A stretch of 64,000 nt of DNA from an uncultured Gammaproteobacteria bacterium (GCA_964448725.1 CAYVAJ010000002.1:66587-130586); one strand, 5' to 3'. Positions 19,320-30,300 are shown, counted from the first letter of the stretch. Translations and numbers: made by a program. The notes: generated by a model from the letters alone, not told the origin.

Positions 19320-19404
19320 ACAATATCTATATCCTTATAAGACCATAGCTTTAGTCCACGCTGGATGCCATCAGGGGAGGTATATGGTTTATGAGTGTGT
19401 ACTC

Positions 19405-20364
19405 CTATGCCATACCCAAGTACTGCATTATTGCTGATGCAATCATTGAGCCTGCTGTATTATTTGCTACAGATATACTTCCTTTACCTATCATAATCAT
19501 GACTCTTGATATCCAACTCGTTGTAGCAGGTCCTGGTTGTTCCTCGGATTTCTCGTCCTTAGACAAAGCGTCTTCTAACTCAGTTATCAGTGCGTCTGTT
19601 ACACCCAATTCCTTAAGAGATTTTTTTAATCCATCAAAGTCCCCTGGGCGTACAACTATATTGTTCTGGGTTGTAGCACCAAAATTACCCACAGAAACGT
19701 TACCCCCGTATATTATGTTATGAACATTTTGAGTAACTTTTTTGTCAGTAGGTGGAGATACTTCAACCTCTTCTTTCCCTTTACTACCCTTAATATCTAA
19801 TTCGTCTTCTATGCTGAGAACAAATTCAAGTACCCGTGTTCTTATTGTATCCAGTATTCCTCCCAACCTAGCTTTGCTAATCACCCTCCAAGCAGAAGCG
19901 AGTACCATGCCTCCACTAAATATCTCTTTGGTTTGATAAAATGCAATAACATCTGCGGGCCAATGTGACGACAGTGTGTCTGTCTTATCTCCTTGTGAGG
20001 ATAATTCTTCCAGTTCTGCAACTGGCTCAGTCATATAGTTTGTGAATAACATTTTCCGATGCTTCTTATCTATAACTGACTGTGGTACTTGTATATTACG
20101 ATATCCACTTCCGAATGGACCTGAGAGATGGCCCATTACCTGTGCTCCAAACTCTCTATAATCAGGTAATCCATCATTAGATGTATACCCATTAAGCTCA
20201 GATTGAGACCATTTCACTAGTTCATCATTTTGCAGCAACTTTCCGAGTCTCATGCAGAGACGCAACACTTCACTCAGAGGAATGTCATGACCAGTTGAGC
20301 CATCTTTAATTTTTTTTATGAGTTCACTGACTTCACTTAAATCTACAGTTTTATTCTCTGCCAT
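19405..20364 (-). CDS. AbiTii-like domain protein
   Basis: LSEVLRLC..LG..L....L.KW...ELNGY.....LPDYR N-terminal signature. Confidence 0.7.
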   Translation of the reverse strand: MAENKTVDLSEVSELIKKIKDGSTGHDIPLSEVLRLCMRLGKLLQNDELVKWSQSELNGYTSNDGLPDYREFGAQVMGHLSGPFGSGYRNIQVPQSVIDKKHRKMLFTNYMTEPVAELEELSSQGDKTDTLSSHWPADVIAFYQTKEIFSGGMVLASAWRVISKARLGGILDTIRTRVLEFVLSIEDELDIKGSKGKEEVEVSPPTDKKVTQNVHNIIYGGNVSVGNFGATTQNNIVVRPGDFDGLKKSLKELGVTDALITELEDALSKDEKSEEQPGPATTSWISRVMIMIGKGSISVANNTAGSMIASAIMQYLGMA

Positions 20365-20417
20365 TTGTCAGCTATTATAGCACTCCACCGGTGTTTAATG
20401 ATTACACAAAAATGAGG

Positions 20418-21386
20418 TCAATTATAGGCACTGCACTGTTGCTGGTACGCTTCATCGTTCTTAACTTCTTGTTCCATCTTATTTCTAGTTCCTGTCCATA
20501 CACATTCATTGTATTGGGTCTCCGTAAGTGAATTGGCTTCCTTTAATTGCGTACAAGCAACTATGGAGTCTTGAGTTTTTTCCTCTACTGAAAGGGTAAT
20601 CCCCAGTGCGGGGTTCAAGTCTACATCCTCCTTTAATCTAGCAAAAATTGACCTTCTTTCCTCGTCATGCAGCTGATTTAAGAAAATTGACTGTGCCGTA
20701 AAAGCATCAGCCTCCTGTCCAAAACATTCCAATTTTTCTTTAGTCTCACGTTGATATATCTCCTGTCCTACATGTGTTAGCTCATGTATTAAAATAGTAG
20801 CAATTGAGAGGTCATCGTAAGTCTTGTACTGGGGGTGCAGTATAATTTTCAATGCATCTGTTGGGGAATCCGTCATAAATCCTCCTTCTAAGTCCATTTC
20901 AGATGCCTCTTCTGAATACTGAATATCAAGACAGTTTCTGTAATCAAAAGCCCTTCCATAGTACGAGCCGGGGTTATTCTCTATATCCAACCGCTGTGAT
21001 ATCAAATCCAAGGCTCTATTAATTTCTGGCTCTAAAGCGTGTGGAGTACCTCTCAAACAGCGTGCTACTGGTGCTGTTCTCGCACTGTATTCCATATACC
21101 CAACTAACCCTGTCCCTAACAGCCAAAAAATGATTAGAAAGACTGAAACCATCCTAAATCGCTTCTTCCAAAATGTTATTACTGAAAACAAGGCTGTAAA
21201 GACTGCCCATAAGATGACAACCCTCCACATGTTTTCTCCACCAATGGCTGCCCGTTGCTCATAGAGTAACCCGTCCGCGGTTCTCATGAACGGGAACATC
21301 GCTACAAAAAATATCACAGTTACAATTCCCAGAAGAAATAGGCGGGAAAATATCCTTTTAACTGATAGGTTATATCTCTTACTCAT
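20418..21386 (-). CDS. Membrane-anchored putative zinc metallopeptidase
   Basis: Three N-terminal TM segments, HELTH plus downstream EADAF. Confidence 0.6.
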   Translation of the reverse strand: MSKRYNLSVKRIFSRLFLLGIVTVIFFVAMFPFMRTADGLLYEQRAAIGGENMWRVVILWAVFTALFSVITFWKKRFRMVSVFLIIFWLLGTGLVGYMEYSARTAPVARCLRGTPHALEPEINRALDLISQRLDIENNPGSYYGRAFDYRNCLDIQYSEEASEMDLEGGFMTDSPTDALKIILHPQYKTYDDLSIATILIHELTHVGQEIYQRETKEKLECFGQEADAFTAQSIFLNQLHDEERRSIFARLKEDVDLNPALGITLSVEEKTQDSIVACTQLKEANSLTETQYNECVWTGTRNKMEQEVKNDEAYQQQCSAYN

Positions 21387-21636
21387 CTGTTTTCAGTATA
21401 TCTTAAAGAAAGAAAAAAAGTAGCAAAAAAAGAAAGAAAATAATTTTGGTTCATAAATCTACTGGTAGTTATATTGATAGGCTGGGGTGTGGCTGGGATA
21501 TACTACCTCTCTCCACTGGTCTAATGAGGCACGAACTTGGTTCCAATGCAAAAACATTTGGGTCACATAAAAAATATCTCGCAACAGTGCGAGATTTTTT
21601 TGTGGGATTTCACCGTAGGAAATTGAATATTTGTTC

Positions 21637-21670
21637 GTGCCGCTACGAAGTAGCTAATACCCTTGGGGTA
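21637..21670 (+). repeat. 34-bp inverted repeat, left copy
   Basis: GTGCCGCTA-CGAAG-TAGCTAATACCCTTGGGGTA; reverse complement at 22591-22624. Confidence 0.85.
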
Positions 21671-21808
21671 CGACACTTCGAAGAAGTTAGTCCTCTTGTA
21701 GGAAATTCCCGTGGGGTCACGATAAACTTATAGCTACTTTGCATCATTTACCTGCTATAATTCACTACTAAGAATAGTCTTGTTCGTTTCCAATTCATAG
21801 GAGGTACC

Positions 21809-22393
21809 ATGACTGACCAAAGTCAGGATCAATTATTGCCTGTCCGCCGAAGTCTTCCTTCCAAAAGAAAAGGTATTACGTGGGAAGGAAGGGTAGCTGG
21901 GCAGAAAGTCTATCTTCGGACAGGGGAGTTTGAAGATGGAACGATCGGTGAGATCTTCATTGACCTCCACAAGGAGGGGATGGCGATGCGGTCCATTATG
22001 AACTGCTTTGCGATAGCGGTAAGTAAAGGGCTTCAGTTCGGTGTTCCTCTTGAGGAGTTCGTGGAAACATTCACCTTCACCCGGTTCGAGCCACAAGGAA
22101 TTGTAGAAGGCCATCCCAACATCAAGATGGCAACATCTATAGTGGATTACGTGTTCCGTGTATTGGGTCATCACTATCTGGGGTGGGAAGACCTCGCTCT
22201 AACATCTGGCACGTCTGAGGTTACATCATCTCCAGTTGGGGAAAGTTACGCTGAACAGAGTATGTTTGCGCATCTTGAAAGGATGATGGGAGAAGCACCC
22301 TTCTGCAGTGTTTGCGGACATATTACAGCACGCAATGGAGCACTTTTCAAGTGTCTGAATTGTGGAAATAGTATGGAGGAGCCAAAAGACTAG
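21809..22393 (+). CDS. Stand-alone C-terminal (TSCPD + Zn ribbon) domain of class II ribonucleotide reductase
   Basis: [40 protein letters not shown]-terminal CxxC..CxxC; SD GGAGG. Confidence 0.82.
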   Translation: MTDQSQDQLLPVRRSLPSKRKGITWEGRVAGQKVYLRTGEFEDGTIGEIFIDLHKEGMAMRSIMNCFAIAVSKGLQFGVPLEEFVETFTFTRFEPQGIVEGHPNIKMATSIVDYVFRVLGHHYLGWEDLALTSGTSEVTSSPVGESYAEQSMFAHLERMMGEAPFCSVCGHITARNGALFKCLNCGNSMEEPKD

Positions 22394-22409
22394 GACTTGT
22401 TATTCTATA

Positions 22410-22437
22410 AGGGCCTTCGGATTTTACCGTAGGCCCT
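22410..22437 (+). terminator. Hairpin after the TSCPD gene
   Basis: AGGGCCT.CGG/CCG.AGGCCCT. Confidence 0.5.
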
Positions 22438-22590
22438 GACTCTATTGAGAAACGATTTTAATAATCAATGGTAGTAAGGAGTGAAGCATGACTAACCTTG
22501 GCTGAACCATCGTCTTCCATTCTCGTAGTGAACCGAGAACTTGGTTCTCCTTCAGAAAATTTCCCATTTCATGGTGTCACAATTCCAAAA

Positions 22591-22624
22591 TACCCCAAGG
22601 GTATTAGCTATCGCATAGCGGCAC
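22591..22624 (-). repeat. 34-bp inverted repeat, right copy
   Basis: TACCCCAAGGGTATTAGCTA-TCGCA-TAGCGGCAC. Confidence 0.85.
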
Positions 22625-22638
22625 ATTTGGCTCACAAA

Positions 22639-23511
22639 TTACGTCACACTAGTCCTCACATGAATTAGATTATTCCAAGGATCTGGAAAAATTAGTGTAT
22701 CTTTTTTGGAAGTTACCTTAATTTTATATTGTTCAAGTCTCTTGCCAAGTGTATCTACTGCATGTTTGGATGGTAGTAGTAACTCAATACTTTGGAGTCC
22801 TAAAGTTTTGTTTCTCTTGCCAGCACCGTAACTTTGCCAGGAGTTCATACCGAGGTGATGATGATAGCCGCCTACTGATACAAAAAGTGCTTGTGGCATC
22901 TCGGCCGTGATATTAAAACCCATCACATCCACATAGAAATTTTTTGCAGTCTTAATGTCTCCCACTTTCAGATGAACATGGCCCATATGTTTTTCATCAG
23001 AGTCATCTTGAGCAGAGTGTGTATTAATATATGCAATAGGGTCTATGTATTCTACCCCCATTTTTACGAGTCCGTCTTCCCATTCCCATAAGGATCTATC
23101 TCTATCAAAGTACAGCTCTAATTCATTTCCTTCAGGATCAGTGAAATAAAATGCTTCACTCACAAAATGATCAGCACTCCCTATAAATGAGCCAGGATAA
23201 TCCTGGAACAATCGTTTTAATGTATTTGCTAATTGTCCACGCGATTTAAAAACAATAGCATTATGAAATAATCCTGCTGATGTTCTTGGTGAATTAGGAA
23301 GGTCAGGCGCACTACTGAGTGTAATTATTTTTTTATTATCATTTCCTAAAATTATTTCATTGTTCTCATTACTCAGTATCTCAAGCCCTACACCTGAGTG
23401 ATAAAACTGTTGTAATTTAGAAGTATTTTCAATATTAAGAATTGTATTTCCTACTTCAAGTGTTGAAGCAAGAGTATCTCTTTTATCGTATTTACTCATA
23501 TTTGTATTCAT
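22639..23511 (-). CDS. VOC family protein (CatE-like catechol 2,3-dioxygenase)
   Basis: GLFHNAI, DHFVSEAFYFTDPEGN, GHVHLKV, GGYHHHLG. Confidence 0.88.
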   Translation of the reverse strand: MNTNMSKYDKRDTLASTLEVGNTILNIENTSKLQQFYHSGVGLEILSNENNEIILGNDNKKIITLSSAPDLPNSPRTSAGLFHNAIVFKSRGQLANTLKRLFQDYPGSFIGSADHFVSEAFYFTDPEGNELELYFDRDRSLWEWEDGLVKMGVEYIDPIAYINTHSAQDDSDEKHMGHVHLKVGDIKTAKNFYVDVMGFNITAEMPQALFVSVGGYHHHLGMNSWQSYGAGKRNKTLGLQSIELLLPSKHAVDTLGKRLEQYKIKVTSKKDTLIFPDPWNNLIHVRTSVT

Positions 23512-23608
23512 TATACTCCCATCTAATGACTAAGTGAATCTATACTCTATTAATATACTCTTACACGGCTATAACGTTAGCTGTTTACCTATGTTGTATA
23601 CTTATTAC

Positions 23609-24568
23609 ATGACACAAGGGATTCATCATATAACCGCTATTGCCTCAGATCCACAAAAGACGACTGACTTTTATACGAATATTTTGGGTTTAAGACTCGT
23701 TAAAAAAACAGTCAATCAGGATGATGTAAGTGCCTATCATCTGTTCTTTGGCGACAAAATGGGAAATCCGGGCATGGATCTTACGTTCTTCTTTTTCCGA
23801 CCTGCATTAGAGGGGAAGATTGGGAATGGATTTGTTTCCAAAATATCTCTTGCTGTACCTGAAGAGTCACTCGATTTTTGGTCTGAACGTTTTAAGCGAT
23901 TTAATATAAAACATGACAAACTAACAAAAATATTAGGAAAAAAACGAATACCCTTTTTCGATGTTGATAATTTACCTCTCGAACTTGTAGGACTCACACA
24001 AGCAGAAATGGAAAAAGAACCAGATATTTGGGAAACACAGGAAATCACAAAAGAGAATGCAATCAGGAATTTCTATTCTGCAACGCTCAGTATATCTGAT
24101 GTACGTCTGATGGACCCTATCTTAAAGCACGTATATAATTACGAGCAGTTCAATAACGATGATAATACATATTTATACAAAGTAGCGAATTCCACAAGAG
24201 CAAGTATCTTGGAAGTACACGCTGAAAAATCAGGTGAAATTGGTGAGAGTGGAGCAGGAACTGTTCATCACATTGCATTCCGCGCTCATGATGAAAAAGA
24301 ACAGTTAGAATTTACGCATAAAATATTCGAGCTTGGTCTGTATCCAACAGAAGTAATAAATAGATTCTATTTTAAGTCAGTATATTTTAGAACTCCTGCT
24401 GGTATACTATTTGAGATCGCAACAGATGGTCCTGGATTTACTGCAGATGAAAGTGAAAAAGACCTTGGAAAAAGATTGGCACTTCCTCCTTTTCTAGAAG
24501 GGGAACGAGATATGATTGAAAAAAATCTTTCTCCAATCTCATTTGATTCAGTTGCGCTTTATGCATAA
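23609..24568 (+). CDS. Ring-cleaving dioxygenase (MhqO-like)
   Basis: GIHHITAI, KTVNQDD...YHLFFGD, GTVHHIAFR, RFYFKSVYFR, FEIATDGPGF. Confidence 0.9.
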   Translation: MTQGIHHITAIASDPQKTTDFYTNILGLRLVKKTVNQDDVSAYHLFFGDKMGNPGMDLTFFFFRPALEGKIGNGFVSKISLAVPEESLDFWSERFKRFNIKHDKLTKILGKKRIPFFDVDNLPLELVGLTQAEMEKEPDIWETQEITKENAIRNFYSATLSISDVRLMDPILKHVYNYEQFNNDDNTYLYKVANSTRASILEVHAEKSGEIGESGAGTVHHIAFRAHDEKEQLEFTHKIFELGLYPTEVINRFYFKSVYFRTPAGILFEIATDGPGFTADESEKDLGKRLALPPFLEGERDMIEKNLSPISFDSVALYA

Positions 24569-24573
24569 AAATT

Positions 24574-25431
24574 ATGAACCAATTTACCCATATCTATATT
24601 GATAATAATGCCGAGAACACACTTTTTCTTCTCCATGGCTCAGGCGGTACAGAAAATGACTTTCTTTTTTTAGATGAACTTTTAGAAAAAAAATACAATC
24701 TTGTTGGGCTACGCGGCAATATCTTAGAAAAAGGGATGAATAGATTCTTTAGACGGTTGTCAGAAGGTGTTTTTGATCAAGAAAGTATTAATGATGAGAC
24801 TAAAAAACTGCGTTATTTTATAAAAGAGTGGGTAATTGGACATAACCTGACACTCGATGATCTTATTTTCCTTGGATATTCAAATGGTGCAAATATGATC
24901 CTTGCGATGCTTTTTAATTATCCTGACATAATACGGAATAGTGTATTGCTACATCCAATGCTCCGATATAAACCAAGTAAAAATGACCTCGATTTAGAGT
25001 CTCATGTTGCATTCCTCAGTTATGGAAGACAAGACCACCTAATCCCTGAGCAAGAAAGTAAAGATCTTGTCAAACTTTTAACCTCACTGAATATGAATTT
25101 AACCGTTAATGAATATGCCTCAGGTCATGAAATAACGGAAGCAGAAATTAACGATGTTGTCCAGTACTTGCTTACTGTACATTCCTCAGAGCATACTGCA
25201 AATAAACAATCGAAAAAAGAACAGCTTGCAGATGAGTCTGGAACAATCAGTTTGCGAGAGCTGCAAGAGAAAGAGCGTGGGTATGATATGCCAGAACTTG
25301 AAAAGAGTCGCCCACATGTGACTGGTGAACAGTCAGCTGCAGGGAGTATGCCAAATCCTGAATATGTAACTGCAAAAACAACGCTTGAAAAAGCGCGATC
25401 AATGAGAGTCCATAAAAAGCCGCAGAAATAA
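24574..25431 (+). CDS. Alpha/beta hydrolase (MhqD-like) with C-terminal extension
   Basis: LLHGSGG, RFFRR, GYSNGA nucleophile, GHE. Confidence 0.85.
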   Translation: MNQFTHIYIDNNAENTLFLLHGSGGTENDFLFLDELLEKKYNLVGLRGNILEKGMNRFFRRLSEGVFDQESINDETKKLRYFIKEWVIGHNLTLDDLIFLGYSNGANMILAMLFNYPDIIRNSVLLHPMLRYKPSKNDLDLESHVAFLSYGRQDHLIPEQESKDLVKLLTSLNMNLTVNEYASGHEITEAEINDVVQYLLTVHSSEHTANKQSKKEQLADESGTISLRELQEKERGYDMPELEKSRPHVTGEQSAAGSMPNPEYVTAKTTLEKARSMRVHKKPQK

Positions 25432-25512
25432 ATTTCATGCAAAACCTTTGATATCTAAAGATCTACAACTCTTCTAATTCTACTTTGTTTTCTATATAAT
25501 CAACATTTCGAT

Positions 25513-26073
25513 ATGACAGCATATTTTACTGCTTCGGTTGCGGCAAAACAAAAATATATTAAAAATTATTTAAAAATTATTCACGAGCTTCAGGGAATGA
25601 AAATTAATGTGGTGTACGAGCATATCATCAACTCAAGCGAAGCAAAGATTCGGTTGCATACAAAAGAAGAACGACATACGTTTCATGACCAGGTTGCAAA
25701 ATGGATCCAGTCATGTGATTTTATGGTAGTTGATACTTCATTTCCGAGTATAAGTGTGGGTTATGAAATAGCCCATGCACTCCGTATTGGAAAGCCAGTA
25801 CTGTTGTTATATTCTCATGGAGACCCACCTTCACTTCTTGCGTATCATAAAAATGAAAAACTTGTCTGCGAAAAATATACGCTTGAAAGCATAAAACAAA
25901 TTCTTAAAAATTTTATTGAATATGTCCAAGGTAAGCACGACTTGCGATTTACCTTTTTTATTTCACCTGAAATTGCAACATACTTAGACAGTATTGCTGT
26001 TAAAAGAAAGATTCCTAAATCTGTATTTATCCGCCAATTAATAGAAAAAGAAATGGAAAAAGACTCCTCTTAA
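25513..26073 (+). CDS. Nucleoside 2-deoxyribosyltransferase-like domain fused to ribbon-helix-helix
   Basis: SISVGYEIAHA..GKPVL; C-terminal RFTFFI...KSVFIRQLIEK. Confidence 0.65.
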   Translation: MTAYFTASVAAKQKYIKNYLKIIHELQGMKINVVYEHIINSSEAKIRLHTKEERHTFHDQVAKWIQSCDFMVVDTSFPSISVGYEIAHALRIGKPVLLLYSHGDPPSLLAYHKNEKLVCEKYTLESIKQILKNFIEYVQGKHDLRFTFFISPEIATYLDSIAVKRKIPKSVFIRQLIEKEMEKDSS

Positions 26074-26158
26074 TACATATCTGTGGCGCATTGGAGAAAC
26101 TTTGAACTCGCGCTATAATTCTTTTGTTGTTCGTATAGATAGTCAGAGAGGACTTCAC

Positions 26159-26467
26159 ATGTGTGTCTCAGCTCATTGTGAGAATGCAACTGTGCTTCAT
26201 CTTCGGCAAGCAATCCAATTCTGCTCAAAGGAGCGAAACTGCACAGAGATGGGCTTGGAGGCTCATATCTCGCGTGAATGTAACACAGATTGTGCGCAAA
26301 AGGCTGTTGCCCAGCTCGAGGAGCTTGGGTTGATTACCTTTACAATGAGCGGTGAGATCGGATTCACCGTGAAAGCGAAGCATTTTCTCAATAGAGACAT
26401 GCAACGTCAGCCAGAAATCTTCGAATGTGATGAGATTGTTCTGGCAATGAACCGTCTTTTTGACTAG
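26159..26467 (+). CDS. Hypothetical protein
   Basis: SD GAGAGGA; followed by a terminator. Confidence 0.5.
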   Translation: MCVSAHCENATVLHLRQAIQFCSKERNCTEMGLEAHISRECNTDCAQKAVAQLEELGLITFTMSGEIGFTVKAKHFLNRDMQRQPEIFECDEIVLAMNRLFD

Positions 26468-26485
26468 GACACCAGTCCTCAACGT

Positions 26486-26516
26486 ATCCCGGTTCTCTGA
26501 GAGCCGGGATTTTTTT
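26486..26516 (+). terminator. Intrinsic terminator
   Basis: ATCCCGGTTCTC/GAGAGCCGGGAT stem plus T tract. Confidence 0.8.
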
Positions 26517-26562
26517 CTATAGAAAGAACAACGAGGCTAAAAACCCTAGGATCTTTTTACTT

Positions 26563-26601
26563 AAAGAAAAGGTGTGAACCTAAACCACCTGGAAGGTGGA
26601 A
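26563..26601 (+). repeat. 39-bp dispersed repeat, copy 1 (REP-like)
   Basis: 37/39 identical to 38298-38336; CCACCT-GGA-AGGTGG palindrome. Confidence 0.85.
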
Positions 26602-26865
26602 TAATAAGATACGAAAGAGAGGTGAGGTAGAAATTTCGCTAGGTAGCAAAATAATCCTATAATATTGATTTTTCACTCTTTTTTTGCTAAAATAATACTG
26701 ATTTATCTAATAGTTGTTGAGTAATTACTTGGCATGAGTATTTGATGAATCAAGTTGCTCTTTAAGAGATTAAGAATCATTAGTACAGTAGATGGCGTAG
26801 TACCTATATTAGCTATATGTAGTACGCCGTCTATTGGCGCAGCAGTTTATTGCATGGAGGCATGA

Positions 26866-27198
26866 ATGTCCTATTTAGACGAGATCGACGAAGGTGGCTT
26901 TAATTCTAATGCACATCGGGCAACGCATGATCGTCCGTACTTTGGACGTCTGCAAGTTCTAAACATTGCAGAAGTCCAGGTAGGGAAGGTATATCAACGT
27001 GTCTACGCTTCAGGATCCGTGATAATCGAGATCCTAGAACCGCCTTTTAAGAAAAAGAACGGTTGGTGGGTAAAGGTCAGAAATCTGACGTACCCACGCG
27101 AAGACACGATATCCTTGGAGGACGCAGGTGTCACTCCATATCAGGGTGATAATGGCCCAGTATGGAATCCTAGAAACCATCTGCTGAGGGTGGAATGA
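26866..27198 (+). CDS. Hypothetical protein
   Basis: SD GGAGG; upstream hairpin at ~26789-26834; downstream hairpin. Confidence 0.6.
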   Translation: MSYLDEIDEGGFNSNAHRATHDRPYFGRLQVLNIAEVQVGKVYQRVYASGSVIIEILEPPFKKKNGWWVKVRNLTYPREDTISLEDAGVTPYQGDNGPVWNPRNHLLRVE

Positions 27199-27215
27199 TT
27201 TTTTCTCTTTTCATT

Positions 27216-27250
27216 ACTCCCTGCTGGGTTTTAAAAGCTTAGCAGGGAGT
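27216..27250. terminator. Hairpin terminator
   Basis: ACTCCCTGCT/AGCAGGGAGT. Confidence 0.6.
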
Positions 27251-27383
27251 CTCTATTTAGAAGTATAAATTTTCATGATCACTGAATAAAAATTTCTTGT
27301 TTTTATGTAAGTATATCTTGATTTTGATTGCAATCTGGTGAAGTAATTGGGTATGATAGAATTGGGCGATTTAACAGTTACGA

Positions 27384-30300
27384 ATGGATCCAGATTCTTT
27401 AACCAGAAGTAAAAAAACTTCATCCTTTTTAAAACTTTACGGTAAGATTGCAGCATACAGCTTGGCTGTTGTGTTTGGAATCATAACTGTAGTGTATATT
27501 ATTGATTGGAACTCAGAGTCGGAAGATCCAACAACTCCTACAAAAACAAATCCAATGCCCGAAGTTTTGGCTGAAGCAGACAGTTTATTTGAGTCAGGGG
27601 GTGTAGTATTTGGTATTCCAACAAATTTTACTGCAGCAGCAACATTTGGTTCAGACATTACCGTTGCTCAAGATACTAATCTTGAAGGGGATTTGTATTA
27701 CAGAGGAGATTTAGTTGATCTTTCAATAATTGTCGATGGATTGGAAATAGACTCAGACTCGCTTTCAACCATCCTGGATGAAGGTGTTGGAATTAGTATC
27801 ACAGGTGATGAAGTACTGCAGATAAATAATACTGGTGTACTGTCATTTAATGGCCTTACCGGTGATGTTGTCTATGAGATTGAAGAACATAATATGTTTA
27901 AAAATATTCTTGTGCCTGGTAATGCCACAATTGTAGCAGATTCAACGAATGATTCGTTAACATTTATTCCTGGTGACGGAATTTCTCTTGCGACAGATGC
28001 GACTGGTAAAAGTATCACAATAACAAGCTCAAGCGCCTCTAGTGGTGTTAATACAATTACTGGCATACCAAATCAAGTTATTGTTACAAGACTTGGTCAG
28101 GATGTTATACTCTCACTCCCTCAAGATTTTCATACAGCTGCGAGTGTTACATTTTCTGAAATGACTTTGGCAGATCCAATTACTTCTGCTAATGTACTTT
28201 CATTTACTTCAAGCGGGCGTATCTCCACATTAAATAATGCTGATTTACTCCTCGGGAGTAATAGTACTGGAAATATACAATTCATATCAAAGGGAGCCAC
28301 ATCATTGTTGCTTAATGGATCAGACTTGGTTGCAAGCGGTTCGCTTACTGGAGTCACAGATTTTAGTGCCTCAGGTGAGATAGAACTTACATCACTTGCT
28401 AATGGAATTGTGCAAGCGCAAGGATATACATTAACCAGTGGACCTATCAATCTTGCAAGCAGTAACCACGTATCAGGAATTTTATCCGCAGAAAATGGCG
28501 GAACTGGTACTGATAAGACACCATTGGATGGACAAATATTAATTGGTAGCGGTCACACAAAAAGTTATGAACCGAGACATTTAAGTGTGGGTACTGGTAT
28601 TTCTGTAACAAGAAACCCCTATTCGTTAACTCTTACAAATAGCGGAGTAACAAAAATTGCTGGAGGAGTGAGGCATATTTTGGTGAATGGATCATATTCA
28701 CCAACAGGACTGACAGGTGATGTTACATTAACATTACCCCAGATACTTGATACTGTAGCCTCACCAACATTTGCAGCGTTGCGGCTCACCTCACATGAAG
28801 ATATTCTTACCTTTACTGCAGAATCAGGAGATTTAGCCTATCTCCAGATAGGTGAGCTTACACAGAATAGGAATTACACTCTCCCAGATGAATCAGGTAC
28901 TTTTTGTCTTACTTCAGGTAACTGTGTTGGAATTGGTGGAGGGCTTGTCGGAACCGGTACTGCCAACTATATTCCTAAATACTCAAATGCAAATACACTT
29001 ACGCCATCACTCATTTATGATGATGGATCAAGTGTGGGAGTTGGAACAACGCTCCCTTTGCTGGGAGTAGCACTTGATGTGAATGGTTCTCTTCGCATTG
29101 GAGTTGCAAGAGGCACATATGACATTTTGAACACTGTACCTGCACAGGGAGATCCATTGGCTTCATTATTCTGGGGAGATAGAACACTCTGTGATTCTAG
29201 TGGGAGTTGTCAGGGGACAGCAGGTGCAGGAGTTGAGAGCATGGGGACAGATGGATATATTGCTCTTTTTTCTAACAGCGGGAATACTCTCGCGAACTCT
29301 CTTATCTATGATTCAGGATCTGCTGTTGGGATTGGGACAACTACACTCACAGGATTTATTACGATTTCAGGAAGTAGTGAAAATTCAGCACTCTCCATCA
29401 ATCAGACGAACTCAGTAGGGGATATTATCAGTGCGTCAATTGAAGGGGAAGAGAAGATGATTCTAACCAGTGTCGGTGATCTGGATTTGGTGAGTGGGGT
29501 ATATAAAAATAAAGGAAATTCAGGTGCAACAGTAGGAGGATATTCTTGTGTAACAACAAGTGGTGGTATTGTTACCGGAAGCGGAGCATGTCCTGTAGAT
29601 CCATCTGCTACGTTGTGGGAATCACAAGGAAGTCTTACCTTTGCAAAAAATACGAATCATAATTTTGCACTTGGTGGTACAACCGTAAATAATGCAAAGT
29701 TCGCAGTATTAAATATAGATTCTGGTGATCCGACTATTTGGTTGAGAAGTTCTCCTACCCAAACTTTGTCAATTACCTCAAGCGGTACTTTTAAAACAAT
29801 TAACGATGCAAATATTACACTCGAATCAGGTGAAGATATTGTACTCAAACCAGGCAGTGGCGATATTGTTGTAGAAGGTAAATTAGTAACTCCAGAAAGC
29901 TCAGATTTGATAGTGGAACCTGAAGGGTCATTTCATGTTAGACCTCACGGACAGCAGGTATTGAGTGTTTCAACAGATGGAGTGGGAGTTAATACTACAA
30001 TTTCGCGTGGGGCATTTACTATAAAAGAACTGTCAAGTTTCCCAACACAAGGAGAAGGGGAGGGAACTCCTGATAATAATTTGATTTTAGATCCTGCAGA
30101 CAGTAATTTCTCATCTAATACTGGACATTGGACCTTATGGTCTGGATGGTCGATTAGTGGAGGAAGATTAACATATAGCGGAGGTATTGCTACTGCATCT
30201 TTAGAAAACCAATATATAGGCAATTATATTGAAGCCGGTAAAACCTATACAGTGAAATTTGATTTATTGGAAACAACTTCTCCAGGGGCGATTGGTATCC

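Larger units (their letters stand above)
15695..21720. mobile_element. ~6 kb integrative element in the tRNA-Glu 3' end
   Basis: 17-bp direct repeat AATTCCCGTGGGGTCAC at 15695-15711 and 21704-21720; serine recombinase at left end. Confidence 0.88.

Noticed and set aside
21446-21733. 95-aa ORF at the right end of the island
   Set aside because: TTG start, no SD, and it runs across the inverted repeat and att site; likely non-coding.
22556-22580. Second degenerate att copy (AATTTCCC...TGGTGTCAC)
   Set aside because: Needs gaps and mismatches; too weak to distinguish from chance.
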